A stretch of DNA of 64,000 nt from Eutreptiella sp. 'Long Island Sound 2002' (Eukaryota; Protista; Euglenida), in contig OZ038378.1 in assembly GCA_964036045.1 (NCBI GenBank), positions 16,678,001 through 16,742,000 of the forward strand. The letters run 5' to 3'. Numbering within the stretch: position 1 is the first letter of the stretch; each line of letters opens with the position of its first letter. The notes under the pieces are model-generated. The model worked only from the letters and a program-made list of their open reading frames with translations. It ran no database searches and was not told the origin of the DNA. Positions 10,120 through 22,400 of this stretch are shown piece after piece. The translations under genes were made by a program, and so were the position numbers.

Positions 10120-12613
10120 GTGATGCAGAACTGAATTGGGGATAGGAAAGGTCCACTGTCCGGAACTGCACTTGCTCATTCTCTACCAACAGACCGAAAG
10201 ACGTCTAGGACAGCTCTGCTGTTCCTGAGGAGTTTTCTTTCAACCGCTTTTCTTGCTTCGTTCTTGTCTCGCGGTTCCCAACGTGTGTGTGTGTGTGTGT
10301 GTCCGCAAGGACCAGTAGCAGAAGACCGTGCACCAACCACACCGGTGCGTCTTCTGTGGCGGCGCGCAAGAGGAGCAGTCCCACAGGCATTTCTTTTTAA
10401 TCTCACCCAAGACCTGGCTTGCGCCACCCTTTGTGGTGGTATCCGCGCCCTTGCCCCACAGCTCCACCCTGGAGACAGGGCCATCTGGATGGGGGCATGG
10501 GCGCGCCCAGCGGTGTCTTGGGCCGCAGATTTTCTCTGTCCTCCTCCTCCTCCTCCTCCAATCTGTCTCTCTCGTATCAATTCCCATGCCTGGGAGCACA
10601 TTCGTACACCCATCCACTTGAGTATCTGTCCGGGGTCGCAAACGCAAAAAGGTGTCGCTCCCAACGGAAGGGCGGGAGTTTGACTTTTCGCTCCCATTTG
10701 GGTGCATGCTGGCGCTAGCCAAGAGGGACTGTGCCCCGAAAAGGGGATGAACCTCTGCCAGTGGGGCAGCAAAAGGCATAAGATTCATAGCATTTCAATG
10801 AAGGGTGTCATGGATCTCAATATCGGCAGGTTTGAATGCGCAGATCAAAATTCAAAAGCGCCAACTTTTGGCGCCATGACATTTGCAGTAAGAAGTTGTT
10901 GTAAGAATCGCAGATACTGGGCGCATGTTTCTACCCTGTTTGGTGCTAATTTGCGTCTTTTGAGACGTGTGGGCCTATATTCTCAGCACGTTTGCTGATG
11001 CCGCTGCCGTCGCTTCTCCACTATGTTGACATGGTCGGCAGACGCCCTGAAAGGTAAATTCATGCCCTATGAAACTGGCCGCACTGTGTCATCATCAAAC
11101 AATGCTAATCCCGGACGATGCCAAATTTGTATTTGCTGCATTCATGCGCCACGTCTTCAAACAGGGAGACGGCCTCTGCCAGCAGAGCTGCCGTCGGGTG
11201 GAGTCCCTCTGGCTGCGCCCTCTGTCCGCCCATGATCGGCGGATGTATAAATACCCTGGTGGCAGGTCACAAGAGTGACCTGCCTGTGACCTGGTGCTCC
11301 TGCTGCGCACCGACCACCCCTGTGACCCCTTCCTCGCACTGGACTCCGATATGAGCGGGCTCTCCCTGCCAATCTCCTCCGGGCACGGCCATCTTGCAGG
11401 AAGACCATCTCAGCCCCCAAGGCCCACCTCCTGCTCCCCCACTGCCGCTGGTCTTTAGCCTGGGTTGAATGGCACTGGTCTTGGCCCGACACCTGACGGG
11501 ATCAGCGTTGGGGTGCCATCGTGGTCAATCAACGTTGATGCGAAACCGTCCTGTGGGGCATTTTGCGTTACAGTCCTCGCCCAGGCCAGTGCACGCTCTG
11601 TAATTGTCACATGCAAGACCCGCACGTGCGTTATGTGTGCCCCTTGCATCCTCTTCCATCCGCTATCAGTGCCCTTTGCGTGCTATTGGCATGCCCTGTG
11701 TGTACCCTGTGTATGCCCAGGGTGGGTGCCTGGGGTGCGTGCCCGGCACGTGCCTTGTGGTGCACGTCTTTTTTCCGGCTTTTGGGTCATTATAATCCTT
11801 CATGCGTTTTTTTTCAACCATCCGGTGACCTGAGCCCTATACTCTCGCCGCCATATTTTTCGTAGGATCCTCAACAATGGCGCCAGGCCATCAATTCAAG
11901 CCACCATTGCCTGCGCTGGGGCCGAGATGCTGTTCCGCGCCCTTGTACGGGCCAATTCTCTGGACCCTGATTTGGTTGAGGCGCAGGTCAAGGCTGCGGA
12001 CGAGATCACATTCTTTGGCCGCATCCGCTTCACTCCGTACGGGCAGCTGGACCGCCCCCCAAACATCGTCCAGTACGATCAGAGCAACCAACTACAAATT
12101 GTGTTCCCAGACGACGCCAAGACCATGGAATATGTGTACCCCGCTCCAAGTTTCAGTTATCGGGACTGCTTGGAGGTACTAAGAATCAGAGGGCTCGGGT
12201 GTCTGCAGGCAGGGCGCTGGGTTGAATGTTGTGAAGGGTTTGGAACGGTTGTGGAGGGTTGTGGAGGGTTGTGGGGGGTGATGGTGCTGGAACCAAATGA
12301 AGTGGCTGGGTTGACTTACCCATGGGAAGATCGACGGAGCACGGGCCCTAGACCTAGAACCCAGGCCCCCTCTGATCCCTGATGGCCCTTGTGCACACAG
12401 GGCTGTTCTTGAAGTGCCAGTGCCTGTTCTGCGGTGCTCAGGGCCGCGTTTGAACTGCAATTGTCCGTGCTCCAGTGCACAGGGCTGCGCACAGGGCTGC
12501 ATTTGAACAGCAATCTCCTGCACTCCATTGTACAGGGCCAGGTTTGAACTGCCAGCGCCTGTGCGCTGGTGCACCCCGCCACCCCGTGTACTACTCTGGC
12601 TCCCCTGCCCTAG
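10120..12613. repeat. 2494-bp host segment X, copy A (direct repeat of 19267-21760)
   Basis: All ORF-track translations recur identically at +9147. The match ends at CTGCCCTAG. Confidence 0.95.
11866..12175 (+). CDS. Exon 4 (copy A) of the PBP1-domain protein
   Basis: Acceptor TTTTTCGTAG|G complements the phase-2 end of exon 3 (AG+G = Arg). Encodes ILNNGARPSIQATIACAGAEMLFRALVRANSLD...FFGRIRFTPYGQ...VQYDQ...IVFP...YVYPAPSFSYRDCLE, matching the PBP1 C-terminal pattern 'G.i.Fd..Gq...vvQ...vyP'. Donor GAG|GTACT. Confidence 0.85.
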
Positions 12614-13030
12614 TGCTGTCGGAAATGCATTGTACGACGCGTCGGGGCGTCGTACAAGGCGTCGGGGCCCGACGCGTCGGGAGCGTACGACGCGTCGTAC
12701 AGTGTCGTACAAGGCGTCGGGGCCCGACGCGTCGGGGATGTACGACGCGTCGTACAGTGTCGTACAAGGTGTCGTACAGCACCAACACCGTACGACACAG
12801 TACGACACAGTACGACACAGTACGACACAGTACGACACAGTACGACACAGTACGACACAGTACGTCATAGTACGACACAGTACCGACACAGTACGTCACC
12901 CACAGACGTATACATATGTAGACATAAACACATGGTAAATGGAAAAGAAAACAGATTGGTCAGAACGGGGGGAAAAATGGGTCCAAATGCGTCTCCATTT
13001 TGGTCAAAACAGTCCAAAAGGAAAAGGGGA
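12614..13030. repeat. Left compound terminal inverted repeat of the KDZ element
   Basis: TACGACGCGTCG blocks, a (TACGACACAG)n array, then a spacer whose reverse complement resembles TTTTGGACCTGTTTTGACC...TGACCAAT of the right end. Confidence 0.8.
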
Positions 13031-13035
13031 AACCT

Positions 13036-13560
13036 CAAATATTGGCACTTCGCGTCTACAACATGCCGACAGTGTCTACAATTAGCAGGCCGCGTCTACC
13101 TGTGGTGCACAGTGTCTACAGACCCCAGACCGCCCTCCCCCTGTGTGCGGGTAAACGATGGCAGCGGACCGTTTTGGGGGAAGGGGGCCTTCGGCCCCCT
13201 TCCCAAATATTGGCACTTCGCGTCTACAACATGCCGACAGTGTCTACAATTAGCAGGCCGCGTCTACCTGTGGCGCACAGTGTCTACAGACCCCAGACCA
13301 CCCTCCCCCTCTAGGCGGGTAAACGATGGCAGCGGACCGTTTTGGGGGAAGGGGGCCTTCGGCCCCCTTCCCAAATATTGGCACTTCGCGTCTACAACAT
13401 GCCGACAGTGTCTACAATTAGCAGGCCGCGTCTACCTGTGGTGCACAGTGTCTACAGACCCCAGACCGCCCTCCCCCTCTAGGCGGGTAAACGATGGCAG
13501 CGGACCGTTTTGGGGGAAGGGGGCCTTCGGCCCCCTTCCCAATTATGCCGACAATGTGTA
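13036..13560. repeat. Three 168-bp tandem subterminal repeats plus a partial fourth
   Basis: Unit starts (CAAATATTGG) at 13036, 13204 and 13372, partial at 13540. Each has four GTCTAC motifs and a 12-bp hairpin GGGAAGGGGGCC-TTC-GGCCCCCTTCCC. Confidence 0.95.
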
Positions 13561-13782
13561 CAGTCCCACTGTCGTAGTTTCTGCCATTGGTGTCCCTATT
13601 TGATGTTCCACGACTTTTTCAATTTTAGTCGTGAACCTTGCTATAGGTCGCAGTGTCCCAAGTGCACTACCTGTTTGCCGCTGCTGATACAAACCGAAAA
13701 GAAAAATTGTGTCTAATGTTTGCCATTGCCACCAGTGTCCCAATTCTTGGACTTGTATGCCCCTTGTGGTGTACCAAGTGTT

Positions 13783-16700
13783 TTAAATATTGCATTCAAA
13801 TGTGTGCCATAGGCCTGTGTGTCCCAATTTCTGCAGCTGTTGACCACACCGCGTGCACTTGGAATTTTGTAGTTGTAAGTAGGAGGCTTGCCCTGTTGTA
13901 GAATACCTAATTTTTTTGCACTTCCTCACGCTGTGCATTTGAAAGTGGAGACCCTTGGGACAGTCACAAAAGATTGCGTCCTCGCCCCGCAATGCATCAT
14001 TGAAGCATAGAACACAGTGAAAAACCACCTGTAGGTGACTGTGAGTAAGCCCAACAAAAGACAGAGGTTGCCTGTGGACAGAGAGTTGAAATGAAAAACA
14101 GCTTCAGGGCCTCGTAGCAACCGGTGGCTCAACCTGCAACTTGTCATGCCACTGTTGCCGGCTAATTTCGCATGTCACCAAGGGCGCAGGCACCAGCCCA
14201 TCTCCAGTCAAAGCCAGCCACAGGACACACAAAGTTTTTTGAGTACCCTTCTGCAGGAAGTAAAGGAAACAGAGGTTGAAGGTTTGCAGGTACACCAACA
14301 AGGCCTGGAATGCCAACATTGCTGGCATGTTGGGTCTGTTGGAGAACAAACTGTTCCACAGTTTGCGAACGCAAAGCGGCAATTTGCCCTTGACCTGGGT
14401 CAATGTACGCGCGAGAACAAATGCATACAAATGCGGAGCCATCCCACAGGGGGAATTCGACAATGCCTGAAAAGCGGCAGACTCCCTCCGGATATCCCAA
14501 GCACCACCAATAGGGACAGGTATGTTTCTGGTAACGAACACCTGGCGCTCCAAGAAGGAAAACGGGATGTGCAGTTTCAACAACACAACTGCGCGGGCAG
14601 ACTCTGGGAGAGGCTCTGCATGAAATACAGCTCGTGCTTGTGGCCTCCTGCCCAGTACAGGCAAAGCATTTGGGGGATCGGCGTGCACAGCAGGGGAGAG
14701 AGCTCCAATGGGAGGAACAGGGGCGTGAGATTGAGATGGAGGAGCAGCGGCGTGAGTTGCAGGGGAAGGTAGAACCGGGCCGCCAGCAGGCACATCAACA
14801 GTAGACGTCACAGGGCGCGGCACTGATGCAGGGCCAGGTTCCAAATCTGTGCAGTGTTGCCGCAACAAAGAGGGAGGGACATCACTTTCCTCAACCTTGA
14901 CAGGGAGTGCAGAAGCATATCCGGAACCAAGAATAGGTGGTGTACTGGGCACAGGTGCCGTGGCAGCTTGGTCATCCTCATCATCGGAGATGACCACAAC
15001 GTCACCCTTATACAACTGAGACCCTGTGCGGCGCAATTTAGGCGGGGACGTTGAGGAGGGACCTCGTGACCGAACACGACCACTGCGTGAAGGCGAAACA
15101 GGCTCAGCCATGGAGCAAGCAATTGATGTGTGTAAAGGAGGCAATTGGGTGGTAGAGGTAGACACGGGTGGAGAACAAGGGACAGCAGCAGGTTGTGCCA
15201 AAGGTGGCGGAAGATCTGCCACGTTTGGAAGTGTGGTTGCAATTTGCGTTGTTGCAGGGGTGCGTGTGGGAAACTTGGCTTGCAGCGGTGGTGTGATTGT
15301 TAGGTGCGACGTCCGCGGGCTCAGAGCAACTTGCTCTGTGGAGGGTGTGTGTTCCAACGGTCTGAAAGGGTTGTATGTGGCAGGGGCATACTGCAAGTGG
15401 GACAATTCTCGAAGATGAAACTTGGATTGCTCTGCCAACCAATCTGCAAAATCGCGCGCCTTGGGGTTGGGAAAAGGGCCTACAACCCACGTCGTGGGTT
15501 GTTGGTGCTGCATGGAGACCTGATAATTTACGGGTTGGCATGCAGTTATGGCAGCAACGCAGCGGCCGCCCAAAATGAATCGGTTGTGGCCCTCAGCCAC
15601 ATTCACCAAAAAGAACAGGAAATTCGCTCCTTTGCGCCTATTTACAGCGTACCTGTGACGGCCCATTTGGCTGTTATTCTGCTCGCAAACACTGCTATTA
15701 ATACAGCACAGTTCTGGAGCATTGGACATGTTGTTCTTTTGGCAGGACGCAACGTGACATGTGCCATGGAATCTGTCTAGGAGATATCTCAGGGAACACA
15801 GGACGTTGTGTTTGCGAGAGGACTGCTCAAGCTGGCAACTAGTATCATACACAACATCTTCAAAAAACACTTTGGAGACGGCATGTCTCTCCCGCAAATC
15901 GTACAAAGTTTGCAAGACGAAATGCACACCTTCAGGAGCAATCATTTCCCGCAAATCAACAATCACTGAGCATGCACGATGGCACATGAGTACCCCACCA
16001 GTTGTACCTGGCACCACAACTACCTTTTTGGTACAACCCAGTTCCCCTGTCACCGTGTGGATGCTCTTTTGACCCGGTTTTGGCTTTGGTCTTCGCTTGG
16101 CAGTGGCAGTGTCTGCTGTGCTTTTCCCTTTACCTGTGCCCTGCGCCACCTGCACTGCCTGTTCCAGAAGACTAGCCTGAAAACTGTCCTCTTCATTGCC
16201 CTCTTGAACCTCCAAATTTTCAAAGGTTTGCGGCAATTTTCCAATGGAGTCCTCTTCTGAAACATACTCCTCATCAGGGTCCGTGTTACATGGTGAAGTG
16301 GGAGGGGTACCTGCGTGACATTGTGCAGAAGGTGCAGATTTTTTCTCTTCAGAATGCTGCAAACAAAACTGCGACTTGCCAATGGGATCCTTTGGGCATT
16401 GCAAGGACATGTTGAGGCCTGTCAAAGGATTTCGAGCCTTTTTGCCACGGCCAAAAGCACACACCTTTCTCGTGATTTTCTGTAGACCATCCACAAGTAG
16501 CACCTTTTCATAAGTGGCCAAGATGTCAAAAACTTCTGCATCACTCTTCCCAGCAAAACCAGGCAGACCCTGAACATGCTGGCGCCCTGCTTCTGTACAA
16601 CGGTGCCCTTTACTGGGCATACCTTCCTGCATGAAAAACGCTTCAACCTCACACACAACCTCATCAACACTTCTGAATAGCATCAAACCCTCACCACGGA

Positions 16701-17739
16701 CCTCTCTGAAGTATCGCAGGCCCCAATCCAAAAACACACCTTGCTGAAGAATGGACCTGTGAATCCCCACCAACCTTCCCTCAGACTGAAAACTGGTAAA
16801 TTGAGTCACCAAACGCTGGTGCAATTCATTGAGGTATCGCTGTTCAACACAGTATTGTTTTCTGTGCCCCCATATCAACCAACGTCTCGTCACTGTGAGA
16901 AGGCAACAAGTTTGGTCGATCTCAACACTGTTGTATGAATACAGGGCCAAACACACTGGACAAACACCCGTGTACAACATTAACACGTTTCCATGCAGAT
17001 CAACCACCCTCCTGGGCGGATAATCTCCTCCAATCGTCAGCTTATGCGGTGAATCACACCGCATGCAGTGCAGCGTCCAAGGAAGTAAATAAACGGGTAC
17101 AGCTCCAGGTATAATGTCTTGGCAGGCAATCAACTCACCACTCATGGAACATTTCTCTACTCGGACCAGGGCATTGATGATGATTTCAATGGAGGCCCTC
17201 TTTGTCACCGGCAGGATTCCTACAGTGGTGGTATACACTGAAACCATGGAGAGAAAGTGGTGCAAACGTGGTGAAGACAGTGGTTCTACTTTGGGGGAAC
17301 ACAACACAAACACCCATCAAGCCTTTTTTGTGATACACGTGCTTGACACCAATGCCATGGAATTGCAGACTGCAGTACAATGCATACCTGGTGAATGGGC
17401 ATTGAAGTCTGCCAAAATCCTGGTTGTGGCATCTGCATATCCCAGGAATTGGAAAAGGTGACGGTAATGGGGAAGATATTTACACAACCATCCATACACG
17501 CTGTCCCACACAGCCTTTTTATCAGACATGGTGCATGAGTGCCTGTGTAGCAGAGAAAAGGCTTTGGCCCCAACAGTGACACAGGCGTGTAACACCTTTT
17601 GAACCACCGCTTGGCTGGGGCGAGTAAGCACCATTGCCTTTTGTTGCAAGCCTGCATTAAATGAGCGAATGAGTGTAGCAGGGGGCATACGGTGGCATTG
17701 CTGTTGGAAAAGAACTTGAGAATGAGGGAAGCAATACAC
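13783..17739 (-). CDS. KDZ transposase, probably multi-exon: CxC5-like, CxC6-like, KDZ catalytic domain, P/S/T-rich linker, PHD-like finger
   Basis: Motifs CMRC...CPVCLALYSY, HRC...LLVDG...VCAF...C...FCLQH, VVYDTSCQL, LLDRFHGTCH...C, NSSVCEQNNS. Three same-frame ORFs (17317..17739, 14104..17313, 13783..14028) are separated by single TGA codons, each inside a candidate GT-AG intron (17387-17220; 14133-14029). Confidence 0.8.
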
Positions 17740-18559
17740 AAGACATTAGCAACCGCGTAGCCACCCTGATAATGTCCAATCGTTCCAATCGTTCCAAACG
17801 TTCCGTTCAGATGACCTTCAGCAACACAGACACAGCACAGAAAAATTTCTTGTTTGCAACATCCCTAACCTGTTGAAGTCCAGAAATGTGTGGAACCCGA
17901 GGGCAGGGGGCAAGAAGGCGGGGGTTGCCCAGGCGGGAGGGCAGGAGAGGAACTTACAGGTTTTTATTTTTAAATCCCACCCTGCTCTCTCGGACCCCTT
18001 GGGTGCCTGGGCGTCCTCTCCTCCCCCCCCAGTAGGGCAAGAAGGTGAAACCTGCCTGCCCAGGCACCCAGCCATCAAACAGCACCTGTTTAACTAAGAA
18101 AGGATGGTTCGCCAAAAATATAAAAATAAAATTTGCAAAGTGGTGCTGTTAGTGGCCCCCTGTGTTTAACTGACGTTTGTTTGTTTCTGGTCAGGGGCTG
18201 GTTGCTTCGGGGAAGGGGTCGAGAGCAGGGGGGAGGGGTTTAAGGGGTATGTGCACCTGTGAGTGACTGATAGGGTCCCCCCTGATGGGGGGACCCGTAG
18301 TAACACACATGAAATGATGTCCTGCACACCTGAATAGCTGTCCTACATCCACCAGAAACATGAAAAACCCACTACCCTGGTAACCAAAGTGATGCAAGAA
18401 TTTGACCGCGGAACCAGGGGTTGGCTCTTGCGCAAGGTGGTTCTTGGACACTAATCAAGCATCGTCCTGTAACAGCGAAGCAAGGGGCAGAATGGGGTAA
18501 AATGCATGGGCAGATCAGGGTAACCCTGCAGCCAACGTTCCTGAAAGGGAAAAAACCAA

Positions 18560-18667
18560 CAGGAGGTGTTAAGGAACTAACAAACTCTTTTGGACCTGTT
18601 TTGACCCATTTCGACCACAAAAAGTCATTTGAACCAATTTTGACCCCTTTTGACCAATATACATATA

Positions 18668-18701
<34 letters not shown>

Positions 18702-18714
18702 TATGTACATATAC

Positions 18715-18760
<46 letters not shown>

Positions 18761-19266
18761 ATCTATATATATATATATATATATATACATACATACATAC
18801 ATACATATATATACATATATATGTCGTACGACACTGTACAGTGTCGTACAGCGTCGTACAGTGTCGTACAGTGTCGTACCAGCGTCGTACGACACAGTAC
18901 GACGCGTCGTACTGCGTCGTACTGTGTCGTATTGTGTCGTACTGTGTCGTACTGTGTCGTACTATGTCGTACTGTGTCGTACTGTGTCGTACTGTGTCGT
19001 ACTGTGTCGTACTGTGTCGTACTGTGTCGTACTGTGTCGTACTGTGTCGTACTGTGTCGTACTGTGTCGTACTGTGTTGTACTGTGTCGTACAGTGTCGT
19101 ACTGTGTCGTACTGTGTCGTACAAGGTGTCGGGGCCCGACGCGTCGGGGATGTACGACGCGTCGTACAGTGTCGTACAAGGTGTCGGGGCCCGACGCGTC
19201 GGGGATGTACGACGCGTCGGGAGGTGTCGGGGCCCGACGCGTCGTAAAATCCCTACTTCGACAGTA
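18560..19266. repeat. Right compound terminal inverted repeat of the KDZ element
   Basis: Spacer, (TA)/(TG) microsatellite, (GTCGTACTGT)n array and GGGGCCCGACGCGTCG blocks. Confidence 0.8.
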
Positions 19267-21760
19267 GTGATGCAGAACTGAATTGGGGATAGGAAAGGTC
19301 CACTGTCCGGAACTGCACTTGCTCATTCTCTACCAACAGACCGAAAGACGTCTAGGACAGCTCTGCTGTTCCTGAGGAGTTTTCTTTCAACCGCTTTTCT
19401 TGCTTCGTTCTTGTCTCGCGGTTCCCAACGTGTGTGTGTGTGTGTGTGTCCGCAAGGACCAGTAGCAGAAGACCGTGCACCAACCACACCGGTGCGTCTT
19501 CTGTGGCGGCGCGCAAGAGGAGCAGTCCCACAGGCATTTCTTTTTAATCTCACCCAAGACCTGGCTTGCGCCACCCTTTGTGGTGGTATCCGCGCCCTTG
19601 CCCCACAGCTCCACCCTGGAGACAGGGCCATCTGGATGGGGGCATGGGCGCGCCCAGCGGTGTCTTGGGCCGCAGATTTTCTCTGTCCTCCTCCTCCTCC
19701 TCCTCCAATCTGTCTCTCTCGTATCAATTCCCATGCCTGGGAGCACATTCGTACACCCATCCACTTGAGTATCTGTCCGGGGTCGCAAACGCAAAAAGGT
19801 GTCGCTCCCAACGGAAGGGCGGGAGTTTGACTTTTCGCTCCCATTTGGGTGCATGCTGGCGCTAGCCAAGAGGGACTGTGCCCCGAAAAGGGGATGAACC
19901 TCTGCCAGTGGGGCAGCAAAAGGCATAAGATTCATAGCATTTCAATGAAGGGTGTCATGGATCTCAATATCGGCAGGTTTGAATGCGCAGATCAAAATTC
20001 AAAAGCGCCAACTTTTGGCGCCATGACATTTGCAGTAAGAAGTTGTTGTAAGAATCGCAGATACTGGGCGCATGTTTCTACCCTGTTTGGTGCTAATTTG
20101 CGTCTTTTGAGACGTGTGGGCCTATATTCTCAGCACGTTTGCTGATGCCGCTGCCGTCGCTTCTCCACTATGTTGACATGGTCGGCAGACGCCCTGAAAG
20201 GTAAATTCATGCCCTATGAAACTGGCCGCACTGTGTCATCATCAAACAATGCTAATCCCGGACGATGCCAAATTTGTATTTGCTGCATTCATGCGCCACG
20301 TCTTCAAACAGGGAGACGGCCTCTGCCAGCAGAGCTGCCGTCGGGTGGAGTCCCTCTGGCTGCGCCCTCTGTCCGCCCATGATCGGCGGATGTATAAATA
20401 CCCTGGTGGCAGGTCACAAGAGTGACCTGCCTGTGACCTGGTGCTCCTGCTGCGCACCGACCACCCCTGTGACCCCTTCCTCGCACTGGACTCCGATATG
20501 AGCGGGCTCTCCCTGCCAATCTCCTCCGGGCACGGCCATCTTGCAGGAAGACCATCTCAGCCCCCAAGGCCCACCTCCTGCTCCCCCACTGCCGCTGGTC
20601 TTTAGCCTGGGTTGAATGGCACTGGTCTTGGCCCGACACCTGACGGGATCAGCGTTGGGGTGCCATCGTGGTCAATCAACGTTGATGCGAAACCGTCCTG
20701 TGGGGCATTTTGCGTTACAGTCCTCGCCCAGGCCAGTGCACGCTCTGTAATTGTCACATGCAAGACCCGCACGTGCGTTATGTGTGCCCCTTGCATCCTC
20801 TTCCATCCGCTATCAGTGCCCTTTGCGTGCTATTGGCATGCCCTGTGTGTACCCTGTGTATGCCCAGGGTGGGTGCCTGGGGTGCGTGCCCGGCACGTGC
20901 CTTGTGGTGCACGTCTTTTTTCCGGCTTTTGGGTCATTATAATCCTTCATGCGTTTTTTTTCAACCATCCGGTGACCTGAGCCCTATACTCTCGCCGCCA
21001 TATTTTTCGTAGGATCCTCAACAATGGCGCCAGGCCATCAATTCAAGCCACCATTGCCTGCGCTGGGGCCGAGATGCTGTTCCGCGCCCTTGTACGGGCC
21101 AATTCTCTGGACCCTGATTTGGTTGAGGCGCAGGTCAAGGCTGCGGACGAGATCACATTCTTTGGCCGCATCCGCTTCACTCCGTACGGGCAGCTGGACC
21201 GCCCCCCAAACATCGTCCAGTACGATCAGAGCAACCAACTACAAATTGTGTTCCCAGACGACGCCAAGACCATGGAATATGTGTACCCCGCTCCAAGTTT
21301 CAGTTATCGGGACTGCTTGGAGGTACTAAGAATCAGAGGGCTCGGGTGTCTGCAGGCAGGGCGCTGGGTTGAATGTTGTGAAGGGTTTGGAACGGTTGTG
21401 GAGGGTTGTGGAGGGTTGTGGGGGGTGATGGTGCTGGAACCAAATGAAGTGGCTGGGTTGACTTACCCATGGGAAGATCGACGGAGCACGGGCCCTAGAC
21501 CTAGAACCCAGGCCCCCTCTGATCCCTGATGGCCCTTGTGCACACAGGGCTGTTCTTGAAGTGCCAGTGCCTGTTCTGCGGTGCTCAGGGCCGCGTTTGA
21601 ACTGCAATTGTCCGTGCTCCAGTGCACAGGGCTGCGCACAGGGCTGCATTTGAACAGCAATCTCCTGCACTCCATTGTACAGGGCCAGGTTTGAACTGCC
21701 AGCGCCTGTGCGCTGGTGCACCCCGCCACCCCGTGTACTACTCTGGCTCCCCTGCCCTAG
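19267..21760. repeat. 2494-bp host segment X, copy B, continuing into unique flank
   Basis: Starts GTGATGCAGAAC and ends CTGCCCTAG, then continues GACCTTGCTG rather than into transposon sequence. Confidence 0.95.
21013..21322 (+). CDS. Exon 4 (copy B), duplicate with the same splice sites
   Basis: Same sequence as 11866-12175 at offset +9147. ORF translations 11927..12382 and 21074..21529 are identical. Confidence 0.85.
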
Positions 21761-22400
21761 GACCTTGCTGTCTGATGGAGTGCTTTGGTTGCCACGTGTT
21801 GGGGCCCTTGAGGCTCTACTGTCCCCTTCTGATGTGATGCTGGCAGTTCAAGGGCAGCTTTCTTCCACAGAGGGGGCTGCAATTCAAGTACAACCCGGTG
21901 CGTCAAAGCATAGGCTCTCGTAGCTCAGATACAGCCCTGTGAACCCAGGCATGCGGGTCTGCCCCTCAAGTACAGCCCTGCACACTCGAACATCAGGCTT
22001 TGCGTCGCTAATGCGGCCCTGTGCGCGGCAGCACAAGCGCTTGCAGTTCCAATGTGGCCCAGGGCACGAGAGCGCATCAGCTTGCAGCTGCAATATGGTC
22101 CTGTGCACTGCAATAGAGGGGCTTGCAGTTCACATGCAGTCCAGTACACCGCAGCAAAGGAGCTTGGAGTTCTAAGACTGCACCAAAGCAAAGGGGCTTC
22201 TAGATCAAAAGCAGACTTGTGCACTAGAGCACAGGAGCCTGAAATTCCAATGCGGCCATTTTGATGCATCACAGTGCACCGGAGTGCAAGAGCCTACAGT
22301 TCCAATTCCAGCCTGGTGCCCAGTCCACCTAAGCACAAGGGCTTGCAGTCCCAATCCGACCCTGTGCACCTGAGCACTGGTGCTGGCAACCCAATTACCG
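21540..22400. repeat. Degenerate CAGTGCACAGGGCTGC-type repeat; related sequence at 12390-12570 and possibly 2260-2530
   Basis: Recurring GTGCAC, CAGGGCTGC and TTGAACTGC motifs. Confidence 0.55.

Larger units (their letters stand above)
12614..19266 (-). mobile_element. KDZ-superfamily (Kyakuja-like) DNA transposon, 6653 bp
   Basis: Left end TGCTGTCGGAAATGCATTGTACGACGCGTCGGG resembles the reverse complement of the right end TACTGTCGAAGTAGGGATTTTACGACGCGTCGGG. The internal minus-strand ORF has KDZ motifs. Confidence 0.85.

Noticed and set aside
11023-11360. Extra host exon in segment X (LIPDDAKFVFAAFMRHVF...)
   Set aside because: No recognisable domain. Exon 3 joins exon 4 directly in phase with a continuous PBP1 pattern.
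13036-13560. CRISPR-like appearance of the 168-bp and decamer repeats
   Set aside because: No unique spacers, no cas genes, eukaryotic context.
14104-17319. TGA recoding (selenocysteine or Trp) in the KDZ frame
   Set aside because: Both TGAs lie within phase-compatible GT-AG candidate introns, a simpler explanation. No SECIS identified.
12614-19266. TET/JBP cargo gene as in fungal KDZ elements
   Set aside because: No 2OG-Fe(II) HxD...H motif or suitable ORF seen inside the element.
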